From Octopus vulgaris (Eukaryota): DNA of 64,000 nucleotides. The stretch spans positions 56,668,001 to 56,732,000 of the forward strand of contig OX597832.1 in the NCBI GenBank assembly GCA_951406725.2, given 5' to 3'. Each line of letters starts with the position of its first letter. Positions within the stretch are counted from its first letter, which is position 1. This document shows positions 41,511 to 56,672 of the stretch, piece after piece. The translations under genes and the position numbers were made by a program. Below the pieces are notes generated by a model. That model was not told the DNA's origin, searched no databases, and was given only the letters and a program-made list of their open reading frames with translations.

Positions 41511-42178
41511 TTCCCAAATGCTTCATATTCTTTTGCTTCGAAATCAAATTATCTCTTCATAATTATAAGGCGCACACACACACAGAGCAACAGAACCAAT
41601 CATAAACCAATTTAGGAATATTTACATGTGAAAAACAATTTCACCAGCCAAATGTAGGCATAATTAGTGGTGTGTAGTTATTGTTTGGCAAAGGATGAAA
41701 TTAGAAATTACATTTAGCACTTAGGGGTGGGATGGAGCCGTCAGTGGAAAAATGGTAGACAGGAATTTGTTGTGGAACTCAAGTGTCAGTTATATAATAT
41801 GCCTTAAAACTGTTGCTAGGAACAGCGTGTGTTTCTGTATACATTCTGTGTATATAAATGTGTGTGAGTGTGTTTGTGTGTTTTAACATGCAAAGCAGGA
41901 AGGCATAGTGGTGGGGCACCGTATAATGGTAGTTGGTCTTTCACTGATGGTATTTAGCTTGAATATAAAGGAGTGCTTTATACACACACACACAGATACA
42001 TATATATACATATATATACACACACAGGCATATAAGTATGCATACATACATACATGTCTATATATATATATGCATATACATATATGAATATATGCAAACA
42101 TACATATACATATGTATATATACTTATATATACACACACATATATACACACAGACATATAAGTATATATACATATATA

Positions 42179-42217
<39 letters not shown>

Positions 42218-42584
42218 ACATATATACACACACATGAATATACATAATACATATATATACACACACATACATACATACATACACATACACATACACATAT
42301 ACACACACACACATATATACACACATACACACACATACATACACACACACACATATATATAAACACACATACATATACGTAGATATACATATATACACAT
42401 ATATATATATAAACATAAATATTCATACACATGTGTGTATATAAACATACATACACATACATACACACACACATGCAAACATATACGCATATACACACTA
42501 GTTTATTTCTCAGGCATAGATTACAGCATTATACATGGATGACTCATGTGGCAAACAAACCCATCAAGCAATATAGTTGTGCAT

Positions 42585-42993
42585 ATTCTTTTCCTTTTAC
42601 TTGTTTCAGTCACTTGACTGTGGCCATGCTGGAGCACCACCTTTAGTCGAGCAAATCGACCCTAGGACTTATTCTTTGTAAGCCTAGTACTTATTCTATT
42701 GGGTTTTTTTGTCGAACCGCTAATGTTACAGGGACATAAACACACCAGCATCGGTTGTCAAGCGATGTTGCAGGAGGGGGGGGGGCGGCAAACACTGACA
42801 TATAAACATATACACACACTTACATGTATACGACGGGCTTCTTTCAGTTTCCGTCTACCAAATCCACTCACAAGGCTTTGGTCAGCCCGAGGCTATAGTA
42901 GAAGGCACTTGCCCAAGGTGCCACGCAGTGGGACTGAACCCGGAACCATGTGGTTGGTAAGCAAGCTACTTACCGCACAGCCACTCCTGCGCC

Positions 42994-42994
<1 letters not shown>
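42585..42994 (-). mobile_element. SINE family A, full length and low divergence
   Basis: Ends cagccactcctgcgcct (head) and cttttacttgtttcagtc (tail). Confidence 0.92.
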
Positions 42995-43026
<32 letters not shown>

Positions 43027-43356
43027 TAGATAGATAGATAGATAGACAGATAGATAGATAGACAGGCAGATATATATATGCATATGTGAATTTAGGGGGA
43101 TATATTATCTGGGTGGATACTGTGGTAGCTCTCAGTTATGTTCCAGGTTACGGCTAACTGCATTGATTAATATTTCACATCTATGGCTACTAGATGTTTT
43201 TACTCATGCTGTAAATTCCTCAGATGGGTAATTCCATGTTTGCTTCACATATTACCATCCAGATAACACACACACACATGTACGCAACACACACACACAC
43301 ACACACACATGTACACAACACACACACACACATGCACATATGGAAAATTATGATAA

Positions 43357-43741
43357 ACCAGTGCCGGTGGCACATAAGAGAACCATCTGAACATGGCCAT
43401 TGCCAGCGCCGCCCTGACTGGCCTCCGTGCTGGTGACATGAAAAAAGCACCATCCGATCGTGGCCGTTGCCAGCCTCGCCTGGCCTCCGTGCTGGTGGCA
43501 CGTAAAAAGCACCATCCGATCATGGCTGTTTGCTAGCCTCGCCTGGCACCTGTGCCAGTGGCACGTAAAAAGCACCCACTACACTCATGGAGTGGTTGGC
43601 GTTAGAAAGGGCATCCAGCCGTAGAAACATTGCCAGATCAGACTGGGCCTGGTGCAGCCTTCTGGCTTCCCAGACCCCAGTTGAACCATCCAACCCATGC
43701 CAGCATGGCAAGCGGATGCTAAACGATGATGATGATGATGA
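43357..43741 (+). mobile_element. Family C copy with four roughly 62-bp tandem units
   Basis: gtggcacgtaaaaagcacc-like units at about 43367, 43432, 43495 and 43558, then the conserved 3' end and (GAT)n. Confidence 0.85.
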
Positions 43742-43966
43742 CAAGTATCTATCATTTGTTCCCTATATACATTTCACTGTAGTGATTGTTTGGAACCTCT
43801 GCATTGGATGTCCCAAGTGCAATGGATGCTTAACCACAACATCATCAGAGGAACACTATCGCACTATTTTATCACCAGTAATATTACTATGTCTAGTAGT
43901 GATGAAGCTACTTTACTGGAAAGAAGCAGAATGGAAGATGATAATCTATGTGAGGCTTGAAATACA

Positions 43967-44810
43967 TATTTCTTTATTGCCCACAAGGGGCTAAACATAG
44001 AGGGGACAAACAAGGGATTAAGTCGATTAGATCGACTCCAGTGTGTATCTGTGTGTATCTCCAGTGTGTACTTATTTAATCAACCCCAAAAGGATGAAAG
44101 GCAAAGTCAACCTTGGCAGAATTTGAACTCAGAATGCAGCAGCAGACGAAATACCTATTTCTTCACTACCCACAAGGGGCTAAACACAGAGGGGACAAAC
44201 AAGGACAGAGAAACGGATTAAGTTGATTATATTGACCCCAGTGCACAACTGGTACTTATTTAATCGACCTCGAAAGGATGAAAGGCAAAGTCGACCTCGA
44301 AAGGATGAAAGGCAAAGTCGACCTCGGCGGAATTTGAACTCAGAACGCAGCAGCAGACGAAATACCTATTTCTTCACTACCCACAAGGGGCTAAACACAG
44401 AGGGGACAAACAAGGACAGACAAACGGATTAAGTTGATTATATTGACCCCAGTGCACAACTGGTACTTATTTAATCGACCTCGAAAGGATGAAAGGCAAA
44501 GTCGACCTCGAAAGGATGAAAGGCAAAGTCGACCTCGGCGGAATTTGAACTCAGAACGCAGCAGCAGACGAAATACCTATTTCTTTACTACCCACAAGGG
44601 GCTAAACACAGAGGGGACAAACAAGGACAGACAAACAGATTAAGTCAATTACATTGACCCCAGTGCGCAACTGGTATTTATTTAATCGACTCCGAAAGGA
44701 TAAAAGGCAAAGTCGGTCTCGGCGGGATTTCAACTCAAAACGTAGCGGCAGATGAAATACCGCTAAGCATTTCGTCCAGCTTGCTAACGATTCTGCCAGC
44801 TCACTGCCCA
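43967..44810 (-). mobile_element. SINE family B tetramer
   Basis: Four bodies; the central 211-bp units are near-identical (duplicated ORF translations at 44223 and 44434). Confidence 0.9.
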
Positions 44811-44901
44811 CTGAGGCTTTAAATATAGCAGTAAAAGACACACAGGGATCTAACATTCTAAAAAAAAAAAAGGAATTATATTTAACTTCAAATTCATAAT
44901 A

Positions 44902-44993
44902 TCCCTGATGATGTGGGCCTTCTATAATTACAATTACATAATTCTAATCGTTGCTGTAATGCTACGTAAGTGTCATTGAAACAGCTGTAGGGA
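44902..44993 (+). ncRNA. Hammerhead-like motif with a long stem II region
   Basis: tcc CTGATGA [66 nt] GAAA cagctg TA ggga. Confidence 0.4.
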
Positions 44994-45385
44994 AGATGAA
45001 TATTCTGAAAACATCATTGACATTGCTTTTTGTTGTTGTTTGAAATATGTTTTGCTCTGTTTATTCATTGCAGCCAATTCTGCTGTATGTGAACCATTAT
45101 ACATGGAAATGCATTTTACATGTGAATTTTTCTCAGCTTAATGGAGTGTATTATGTTGAGTTCTAGTATCTGCAGATTTTGATGTGCTTAATATGTGTGT
45201 GTGTATGTGTGTGTGTGTGTGTGTGCGTGTGTACATACATACACACACACACTTACACATACATTATCACTTTAAGGACTACTTTTTCTGCCTTGTATAG
45301 GTCAGACAAGAATATACACACACACGCACACATGTAATATGTTTCTATGTAAGCGTGAGAAAGAGAGAGAGAGAGATGATGTGTG

Positions 45386-45428
<43 letters not shown>

Positions 45429-45643
45429 ATGTATGTGTGTGATAATAGACCATAATATGAGCCAATTTGAGAAAGAAGGAGAAACAAAACCCGTGTCCTG
45501 TTATTCTCCGCTGCCTAATATCACATTCACATTGAAAATTTTAGGCAGCTAATTATCTGATTACACACATACACACACACACACACACACATATCTGTGT
45601 GTGTGCATTTGCATGTGTGGTGTACATGCATATATACACACAT

Positions 45644-45725
<82 letters not shown>

Positions 45726-46330
45726 ATATATATATGTGTATATATATGTATGTATATATGTATGTATATATATGTATATATATATATGTATATATATATG
45801 TGTATACATATATATAGACACATATATATGCAGTTCAGTTGATAGACAGTAAGTAGAGCAAATGATATATAAAAATCATTCCAATCTTATAAAAGATTGC
45901 TAGCTGTCAGTTGCAAGCCAAGAATAGCCAGATTTTTGCATTTATTTTTTCAGGAATGGAAAATTCTGTGACTTTCATCAACTTGGTCTGTTTTTGGTCT
46001 TTACTTTGGAAACGTGCTTTGCTCATTCGCTTGGTTTTCTCACACTGAAATAACCATTAAAATTGATAAATGACACCTTTTCTCCAACTGACAGAAATCG
46101 CTGTTCTTAGGATACAAAGAGAGAAAACTGATAGTCGGGTTTGGGAGGTGATGTTGGATTAAAATTCTGAGAATAAATATTTTAATAGCGTCAGTACACT
46201 GTTGCTATATAATTAGATGAACACATCTATGGTCGAGCAAAGTAATATGTGTGAATTTGTATGCAAATGGTATTTAGATATTCAACGATGAAAAGAAGAA
46301 AAATAATATATATGTGTATATATGTATATG

Positions 46331-46400
<70 letters not shown>

Positions 46401-46743
46401 TATATACACATATATATATAGCATATCTATGAATAAACATATAATACATACATACATGCGAGTATGTATGAGTTCATACATACATAGAAAGTTATCATAT
46501 ACACACACACACACACACACACACCCACCCACACAGATATTGTAAATATAAGTAGATGTGCATATTTACAAATACTGATAATGTCAATATATATAAATAA
46601 ATATATATACACACACCACTGATAGTGTAAATTTATATCTGTATATATGTATATATATTAAATATATACATGCCCATATTATATATATATACACATGCAT
46701 AGACTATATATATGTATATATAAATATATATGTCATCATCATT

Positions 46744-46935
46744 GTCGTTTAACGTCCACTTTCCATGCTAGCATCGGTTGGCAGATTTGACAGGACTGGG
46801 GAACCAGATGGCTGCACCAGACTCCAATCTGATCTGGCAGAGTTTCTACAGCTGGATGCTTTTCCTAACGCCAACCACTCCGAGAGTGTAGTGGGTGCAT
46901 TTACGTGCTACTGGCATGAGGGCCAGTCAGGCAGT
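46744..46935 (-). mobile_element. Family C 3' end
   Basis: gtcgtttaacgtccactttccatgctagc...ctacagctggatgcttttcctaacgccaac. Confidence 0.8.
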
Positions 46936-46947
46936 ATAAATATACAA

Positions 46948-47013
<66 letters not shown>

Positions 47014-47062
47014 CATACATACACATATATATGTAATCATTTGTAATTAAGCATTTGTGTTT

Positions 47063-47095
<33 letters not shown>

Positions 47096-47102
47096 TATAT
47101 AA

Positions 47103-47270
47103 AAGGCACAGGAATAGCTATGTGGTTGAAAAGTTCAGTTTGTAACTACATGGTTTTGGGTTCAATCCCATCAGGTGGCACTGTGTTCAAGTGTTTTCTA
47201 CTTGCCATATCATTGGGCTGACTAAATTCTTGTGAGTGGATATGGTAGATGGAAACAGAAAGGAGACTAT
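47103..47270 (+). mobile_element. SINE family A, 5' half
   Basis: aggcacaggaatagctatgtggtt...gggttcaatccca. Confidence 0.65.
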
Positions 47271-47633
47271 TGAGTGCGTGTGTGTATGTATGATGTGCGT
47301 ATGTGTGCATGTGTGGGTGGGAGTTTGGTTACTCCTGCAATCACTTTTATGAAAATGTGGTGGGTGCTGACATCAGTTTTTCCTGTCAGCAAATTGTCTG
47401 GTTTTTTGGCACCTTTGAATCTGTGGGGAGTAAGAGGTTCTTTTACTTGGAAATTAAGTGTTTGCATCTGGTTGTAAAACATTGCCTCAAATAATGTATT
47501 CATCTCACCCATGCAAACATGAAAAAAACATGTAAAAAGGAACGAATGAATGAATATATAAATGAAAATACATATATTCATACACACACACACACCACCA
47601 CAAAATAAGTACCAGTTGCATACCAGGGTCAAT

Positions 47634-47934
47634 GTGGAGGCACATGGCCTAGTGGCTAGAGCACTGGACTCGCGGTCGAGGGATCGCGGGCTCGAATCTC
47701 AGACCGGGCGATGTGTGTGTTTATGAGTGAAAACACCTAAGCTCCATGCGGCTCCGGCAGAAGGTAATGGCAAACTTCTGCTGACTCTTTCACCACAACT
47801 TTCTCTCACTCTTTCCTCCTGCATCTTACAGCTCACCTGCGACGGACCGGTGTCCTGTCCGGGTGGAGACCCTATACGCCAAGAAACCAGGAAACTGACC
47901 CTTATGAGCTAGGCATGGCTCAAGAAGGAACAAA
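47634..47934 (+). mobile_element. SINE family E inserted into a SINE B remnant
   Basis: tRNA-like head; flanking direct repeat accagggtcaatgt / accaggttcaatgt; B sequence on both sides. Confidence 0.85.
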
Positions 47935-48017
47935 TATAAAATATAACCAGGTTCAATGTCATCAACTTACCCCCTCCCTTGAAATTGTTGACCTTGTGCT
48001 AAAATTTAAAATCATTA

Positions 48018-48387
48018 TTACCTCTGCTTTAGCAAAGGCGGAGGTATTGTTTTCAGTTGTGTTTCTTTGTTTGTGTGTCCGTGGACAAGATATCTCAAGA
48101 ACTGCTCAATGGATTCGGATGAAACTTTAAGGGATGTCTGGCCTCATGACTGACATGAAATGATTAGATTTTGGGATCAACCCAATATGAGACAAAGATT
48201 CTGGATTATTTTTCCTGTTTTTTTACTTAATTTTTGAGAGTGGTCAGGTTCATATTTAGTATTCTAGTTTGTGAGAGCAGTTGACTTTATTTCAGATATT
48301 CTCATTTTATAAATCATCTCTGGCTAATTGTTGAGAGGATGTTGGTGTTGCCTTGGTGGAGGTTTGCGCTCTCTGAGTGTTCTTGTT
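48018..48387 (+). mobile_element. Helentron-associated non-autonomous element (HINE/DINE-1-like)
   Basis: 5' inverted repeat acctctgc...gcggaggt, gttt-type simple repeat, 3' ggtggaggt plus hairpin gcgctctctgagtgt, TT ends; second copy at 58824. Confidence 0.7.
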
Positions 48388-48404
48388 ATTATTATTATTA
48401 TTAG

Positions 48405-48824
48405 TAAGGAGGCAGAATCGTTAGCAAACTGGGCAAAATGCTTAGCGGCATTTCATCTGAGTTCAAATTCTGCCAAGGTCAACTTTGCCTTTCATCCTTT
48501 CGGGTTCGATAAATTAAGTACCAGTGAAATACTGGTGTCAATGTAATCGACTAGTCCCTTCCCCCCAAAAAATTCAAGCCTTGTGCTTTTAGTAGAAAGG
48601 ATTATTATTATTATTATTATTGTTATCAAGACGGTGAGCTGGTAGAATTGTTATCACATTGTCCAAAATGCTTAGCACCATTTTGTCCATCTCTATGTTC
48701 TGAGTTCAACTTTGCCTTTCATCTTTTCAAGATCACTAAAATAAGTACCAGCTGTGTACTGGGGTCAAAGTAATTAGTTTAACTCCTTACCAAAAATAGC
48801 TGACCTAGTGCTAAAATTTGAAAC

Positions 48825-48826
<2 letters not shown>
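48405..48826 (+). mobile_element. Two SINE B monomers in (TTA)n
   Basis: ggcagaatcgttagc / gagctggtagaattgtt heads, gcctttcatc bodies. Confidence 0.75.
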
Positions 48827-48860
<34 letters not shown>

Positions 48861-48861
<1 letters not shown>

Positions 48862-49091
48862 GAGTGAGAGAACAGTGCATGCCATCAAAGTGACACTGGG
48901 GTGCAAATATACGAAGACCAGTATACCCATCATGACTACCTGTCTGATAAGGATGCACCAGGAACATGCATCACAACCATACATGCACAACGTGGTGATC
49001 ACATATCAAGATAAAAAGCGCATGACCTTGCAGGGGGGGGGGGGCTAATATTTTCTTCAGGTTGAGTAGCCCATCCCACTCAAAAGGTCCC
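48861..49091 (-). mobile_element. Family D (AAT)n-tailed retroposon 3' end, truncated
   Basis: tgagtgagagaacagtgcatgccatcaaagtgacactgg, shared with 59217. Confidence 0.7.
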
Positions 49092-49102
49092 AAAATAATA
49101 AT

Positions 49103-49146
<44 letters not shown>

Positions 49147-49147
49147 C

Positions 49148-49210
<63 letters not shown>

Positions 49211-49524
49211 ACATCTGGTAACATTTATTTAGGATCTTTACGCCCTGTAGTGATTTAATTCAATTCTTAAATAACCGTAATTCCATTGCAAAAACTACAT
49301 ATTTCTTCTCTCCACTAATTTTTTTTATCTTTCTCCTCTTTCTGAAGAAAAGTCATTCAAAAATTTCTTCATTTTTCTTCAGTTTTTTTTTTTCCCCTCT
49401 GGTTCTTTGTTGATATTTAAAAAAGAGTGAAATTTCTTTGAAACATTTTCTCTGTTATTCCAATAAAAACTGATACTTTAGGGAAGCAACAGCAACAGAA
49501 AGAACTTCCAAGTCTGTAAAATTA

Positions 49525-49562
<38 letters not shown>

Positions 49563-49774
49563 GGGGGAGGAGAGGAGAGAGATGACTGATTCTTATCAGT
49601 CCTGCCTCATTGGTGATGCTTCCAGACATGCGAGGAGTAAGCAGCATGGAACAAAAGCAACATCACACAGTTCTTGTCAGATTGCTGCATCCACCATTTA
49701 TCAGTATCTGTTCAGTTTGTCCCGGACAACCCTTGTTCCAGGCATATTTCTGTGTGTCATATATATATACATAT

Positions 49775-50198
49775 AGGTGCAGGAGTGGCTGTGTGGTAAG
49801 TAGGTTGCTTACCAACCACATGGTTCCGGGTTCAGTCCCACTGCGTGGAATCTTGGGCAAGTGTCTTCTGCTATAGCCTCGGGCCGACCAATCCCTTGTG
49901 AGTGGATTTGGTAGACGGAAACTGAAAGAGGCCTGTCGTATATATGTATATATATATATATATGTATGTGTGTGTATATGTTTGTGTGTCTGTGTTTGTC
50001 CCCCTAGCATTGCTTGACAACCGATGCTGGTGTGTTTATGTCTCCGTCACTTAGTGGTTCGGCAAAAGAGACTGATAGAATAAGTACTGGGCTTACAAAG
50101 AATAAGTCCCGGGGTTGATTTGCTCGACTAAAGGCGGTGCTCCAGCATGGCCACTGTCAAATGACTGAAACAAGTAAAAGAAAGAAAGAAAAAGAATA
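49775..50198 (+). mobile_element. SINE family A, full length
   Basis: Head aggtgcaggagtggctgtgtggtaag through tail aagtaaaagaaag. Confidence 0.92.
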
Positions 50199-50373
50199 TA
50201 TACATTAGACAAGTTATAGATAATGGTCATTATATATTTTCCCTTTACTGGGGCAAAACTGGCTTACGGCTGTTTCCAGTGGTCATTATAGGTACGTTAC
50301 TGATAGGTCTACACAATCGGTCAATTGACCAGTCGAGAAAAATATCGAATGACCTAAAAAAATTAATACTCAA

Positions 50374-50790
50374 TGGCAGCGAGCTGGCAGAATTGTTAGC
50401 ACACTGGGCGAAATGCTTAGCAGTATTTCGTCTGTCGTTAGGTTCTGAGTTCAAATTCTGCCGAGGTCGACTTTGCCTTTCATCCTTTCGGGGTCGATAA
50501 ATTAAGTACCAGTTATGCACGGGAGTCGATGTAATCGACTTAATCCCTTTGTCTGTCTTTGTTTGTCCTCTCTATGTTTAGCCCCTTGTGGGTAGTAAAG
50601 AAATAGGTATTGCGTCTGTCACTAGGTTCTGAGTTCAAATTCTGCTGAGGTCAACTTTGCCTTTCATCCTTTCGGGGTTGATAAATTAAGTACCAGTTAT
50701 GCACTGGAGTCAATGTAATCGACTTAATCCCTTTGTCTGTCTTTGTTTGGTCCCCTCTGTGTTTAGCCCCTTGTGGGTAATAAAAGAAAA
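50374..50790 (+). mobile_element. SINE family B dimer
   Basis: Head ggcagcgagctggcagaattgttagc, two bodies, flanking aaaaaaattaata repeat. Confidence 0.88.
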
Positions 50791-51192
50791 AAAAATTAAT
50801 AGTCCTTTCTGTTTATATGTTATATATAAGGAATGGTTACAGGGTTGAAAAGTTCAATTCCCAACTACATGGTTCTGGGTTCAGTCCCACCAGATGGCAT
50901 CAGGGGCAAGCGTCTTTTACCATAGCATCGGGTTGACTAAAACCTTGTGAGTAAATATGGTAGATGGAAAGAGAACGGAAACCATTGAGTGTGTATATGT
51001 AGGATGTGTGTGTGTGGAAAGAAATGTCACCAGTAGCAGAGCCATGTCAGTTAATGCATAAGAGACCTACTAAATGCCTCATTCAGTTTACTCATCGAAG
51101 AAGCATTATTTTTCTAGCAGAGCAGCCATAACTGGAAGTCTGTCAGAGATATACTAACACTAAGAAATAGCTTGCCTTTTATGACTATTCTA

Positions 51193-51452
51193 TTAACCTT
51201 TTAACATTTAAACTGGCCATATTTGGCCTGAATCTGCTACATGTTTTATGTTCTAACCAGCCAGATCCAACCTATCTCACCTACCCTTCAATGCTATTCG
51301 AAAAATATACAATCAAATCATAGGCGTAGGAGTGGCTGTGTGGTAAGTAGCTTGCTTACGTGTATAAATTGTGTTTGTGTATAAATTGTGTTTTATAATT
51401 GTATGGACTTTATAGTCCAAATATATTGTATTTTAAATTGTAAGAGGGTTAA
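51193..51452. mobile_element. Possible piggyBac-type MITE remnant containing a SINE A head fragment
   Basis: ttaa-cctttta ... taagaggg-ttaa ends. Confidence 0.4.
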
Positions 51453-51638
51453 TACCTCTGTATATGCGTTTTTAAAGAACAATGTTTTAGAGAAGCAGAG
51501 AGTCGGCGGGCGCTTTCTGTCTCTCCCATCTTTATTATTTTTGGATCATAATCATTCATCTCATCAATGTCTATAGTCAAGCCCGCAAAGCTACCTACCT
51601 TATCTATGTGCTGCCTACATGGTAAAATTAATGAATAA

Positions 51639-52005
51639 AAGTAGCTTGCTTACAAACCACATGGTTCTGGGTTCAGTCCCACTGTGTGGCTCCTTGGGCA
51701 AGTGTCTTCTATTATTGCCTCGGGCCGACCAAAGCCTTGTGAGTGGATTTGGTAGATGGAAAATGAAAGAAGCTTGTTGTGTATATATGTATATATATAT
51801 GCATGTGTGTATATGTTTGTCACCCCACCATCACTTGACAACCAATGTTGGTATGTTTACATCCTCATAACTTAGCGGTTCAGCAAAAGAGACCGATAGA
51901 ATAAGTACTGGGCTTGCAACGAATGAATCCTGGGGTCGATTTCTTCGACTAAAGGCGGTGCTCCAGCATGGCTGCAGTCAAATGACAAACATGTAAAAGA
52001 GTAAA
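51639..52005 (+). mobile_element. SINE family A
   Basis: Family A body and tail. Confidence 0.85.
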
Positions 52006-52034
52006 TGATTACACACACAAACACACACACACAC

Positions 52035-52203
52035 ATATGATGAGCTTCGACATAGCTTCCATTGACCAAGTCCACTCACAAGGCATTGATGAGTGTGGGG
52101 CAATGGTAGAAGATACTTGCTCAAGGTGCCACACAGTGGGACTGCTCCCCAAACCATGCAGTTCCAAAGCAAGCCTCTTAACCAAACAACTACACCAGCG
52201 CCA
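52035..52203 (-). mobile_element. SINE family A 5' half, inverted relative to the previous copy
   Basis: tccactcacaaggc...gatacttgctcaaggtgccacacagtgggactg. Confidence 0.7.
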
Positions 52204-52444
52204 TGCAGAAAGCTATGCATATCTACTGGAATCGCTCCAATCCCAGACTTGCAAAATCAGTCAATAACAGTTCCTGCCTTGGACTTCCAAATTAGTTCAA
52301 ATTAGTCAACAGCCACAGAAACAAACACTGTGACGGAATTACCGAATCAACTTGTATGAAGACATTTTCCAGGAATATGGAAAGAAAGAATGACAGAAAG
52401 AGAGAGAGAGAGAGAGAGAGATAGAAAGATAGATAGAGATAGAC

Positions 52445-52507
<63 letters not shown>

Positions 52508-52799
52508 GAGAGGTATTTGCATCAAACTTCAAGACCACAGTGCCAAGAAGACAATAGAGACACATGGATCATGTGATGTTTCTTCCGTATCTACCTGCCT
52601 GTGTATATTTGTGGAAGAAAGACACCGTTTTAGAATTGCAAGCATTCAGGGAATAGAAAGTATGTTATGCATGGATCTTTCTGCAGCTTTTCTCTCTTTG
52701 AGTTCTACACATGGAGTTCTACATGTGTGTGTATTCACAAAACACATGTACATACGCCTCTGCTACCTACATCACAGGGAAATAACATCAAGAAATACA

Positions 52800-54330
<1,531 letters not shown>

Positions 54331-54635
54331 GGCTGTTATTGAACAAGTGTGTATACATGCATTATCATTACTGCATAATTATAAACTATACAGAGCTGTA
54401 TATTTTATATACACCCCTGCATATTTCTACACCATTCTCTTCAACAAACTCCCACCCACCCTCCAGTTAACTCCCTACTACCTCACCGCCGTTGCCACAA
54501 CCTTTTTAGTCTTCCACTATTTTGATTTAGTATCTCTCTCTCTCTCTCTCTCACTCTTGTATATAAGCTTTTTTTTAAATATATGTATTTTTTATATGCA
54601 GTTTATTTTATTTACTATTTTTGAAATGTGTAAGT

Positions 54636-54672
<37 letters not shown>

Positions 54673-54819
54673 ACATATGCACTTGTTTGTGGTTTGCATA
54701 TGTGGTCGGTTGATCGATGTGGTTGTGAAAATATAACCATGAGTTCATGAAAAGTAGCTTTTCTATATGTTTCTGTGTGGGTGTATTGCATATATGTATT
54801 ATATACATTATATATACAT

Positions 54820-54909
<90 letters not shown>

Positions 54910-54925
54910 ATATGTATTCATATAA

Positions 54926-54957
<32 letters not shown>

Positions 54958-55261
54958 ATATATATATATATATATGTATGCATGTATTTATATATATATA
55001 TTTGCATGTGTAGCACTATTTCTCTGAAGGAAATATCAGATGTGGTCAGGTTTGGAGAGGGTGGGACTCTAAGAGGTTTAAAGTTCTCAATACTTGTCAT
55101 ATATCATGGTGATGTGTCTACAAATCAGCCAGGGGTTGTAGACTCAAAGAAGAGAGCACAGCTCACACACACACATACACACAATATACACCCATGACTA
55201 CACAAATACACACACGCCCATCCAAAATATATAACATACCTGTATATAACCACATAGACAT

Positions 55262-55578
55262 GCATCTAACTGGCACTCCATCCATGACAATCCATAGAAA
55301 TGTCTGCTTGTGAAATTAATGTGCAAGTGGCTGAGTACTCCACAGACATGTCTACCCTTTATGTAGATAGATTCTCAGGGAGATTCAGTGTGACACAGAA
55401 CGTGACAAAGTTGACCCTTTGAAATTACAGTTACGACTCATTTTTGCCATCTGAGTGGACTGGAGCAATGTGAAATAAAGTATCTTGCTCAAGGACTCAA
55501 TTTGTCGATGGGTATTGAACTCACGAACGTACGACTGTGAATCCAAATGCATTAACCACTAAGCCACATGCCTTCACA
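55262..55578 (-). mobile_element. CORE-type tRNA SINE (family F)
   Basis: ctgagtggactggagcaatgtgaaataaagtatcttgctcaagga (CORE-like), attgaactc B box, taaccactaagccac A box. Confidence 0.7.
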
Positions 55579-56047
55579 TACGCAAACATATATATATATA
55601 CAGCAACACACAGACATACAGGGTACACACAACTACATGCCCATCCACCCAGAACAGAATCTTACATACACACACACACACAAGCATACACATTCACCCA
55701 TCCAACACAAATACACATACAATCACACAAATGCATGTGCACAAACACACACACACATGCATATACACATTGTGGTGATTTGGCAGAGTTGCTAAAGAGT
55801 TTGACAGAATGTTTACACTGGTGTTCCAAATCAATGTAATCTGAGTTCAAATCTGGCTAAAATCACTTTTACTCTTCTTCCTTTCATCATCATCATCATC
55901 TAACGTCTACCTACCATGCTGACATAGGCTAGATGGTTTGACAGGGGAGTGGCGAATGACAGGGCCGTGTCATGCTCCATCCAGTGTCATTTGTCCCACA
56001 TCCCACTGCTTGACGACTAGCGTTGGTTTGTTTACATCCCCGTAACT

Positions 56048-56555
56048 TAGTGGTTAAGTCAAAGAGATGTCATTAGAGTGTCAGGCTCACAATCATGAGA
56101 TAGTGAATTTGATACTCGGACCAGGTTGTGTGTTGTGTTCTTGAGCAAGACACTTATTATTTCATGTTGTTCCAGTTCACTCAGCTGTATAAATGAGTTA
56201 TGACATCACTGGTGCCAAGCTGTTTCGGCCCCTTTGCCTTTTCCTTGGATAACATTGGTGGCTGGAGAGGCAAGGCTGGTATGCATGGGTGACTGCTGGT
56301 CTTCCATAAACAACCTTGCTTGGACTCATGCCTCAGAGGGGAATTTTCTAGGTACAATCCCATGGTCAGTCATGACCGAAATGGGTCTTTACCCTTTACC
56401 CTATGTACATATAATGGTGTGGAGAAGGGAGGCTGGTATGCATGGCTGACTGCTGGTCTTCCATAAACAACCTTGCCCCGACTTGCTCCTGGGAAAGGAA
56501 CTTTCTAGGTACAACTGCATGACCATTCATGACCGATGGGGGACATTACCCTTTT
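56048..56555 (+). mobile_element. CORE-type tRNA SINE with duplicated 3' region
   Basis: gtgttcttgagcaagacactt...cactcagctgtataaatgagt; ggctggtatgcatgg...cataaacaaccttgc occurs twice. Confidence 0.65.
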
Positions 56556-56672
56556 CATCCCCCTTCTTCAGTCTATCATGGCTTCCAAGCTTTACAGGGA
56601 TGTTTAACTCTTTTGATATCAATGAGCACGAGATTGACCACTCTTGGTTCCATGATCTAAATTCATCATCAT

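Noticed and set aside
49338-49370. tttCTGAAGAaaagtcattcaaaaattt as a hammerhead remnant
   Set aside because: No GAAA or paired stems
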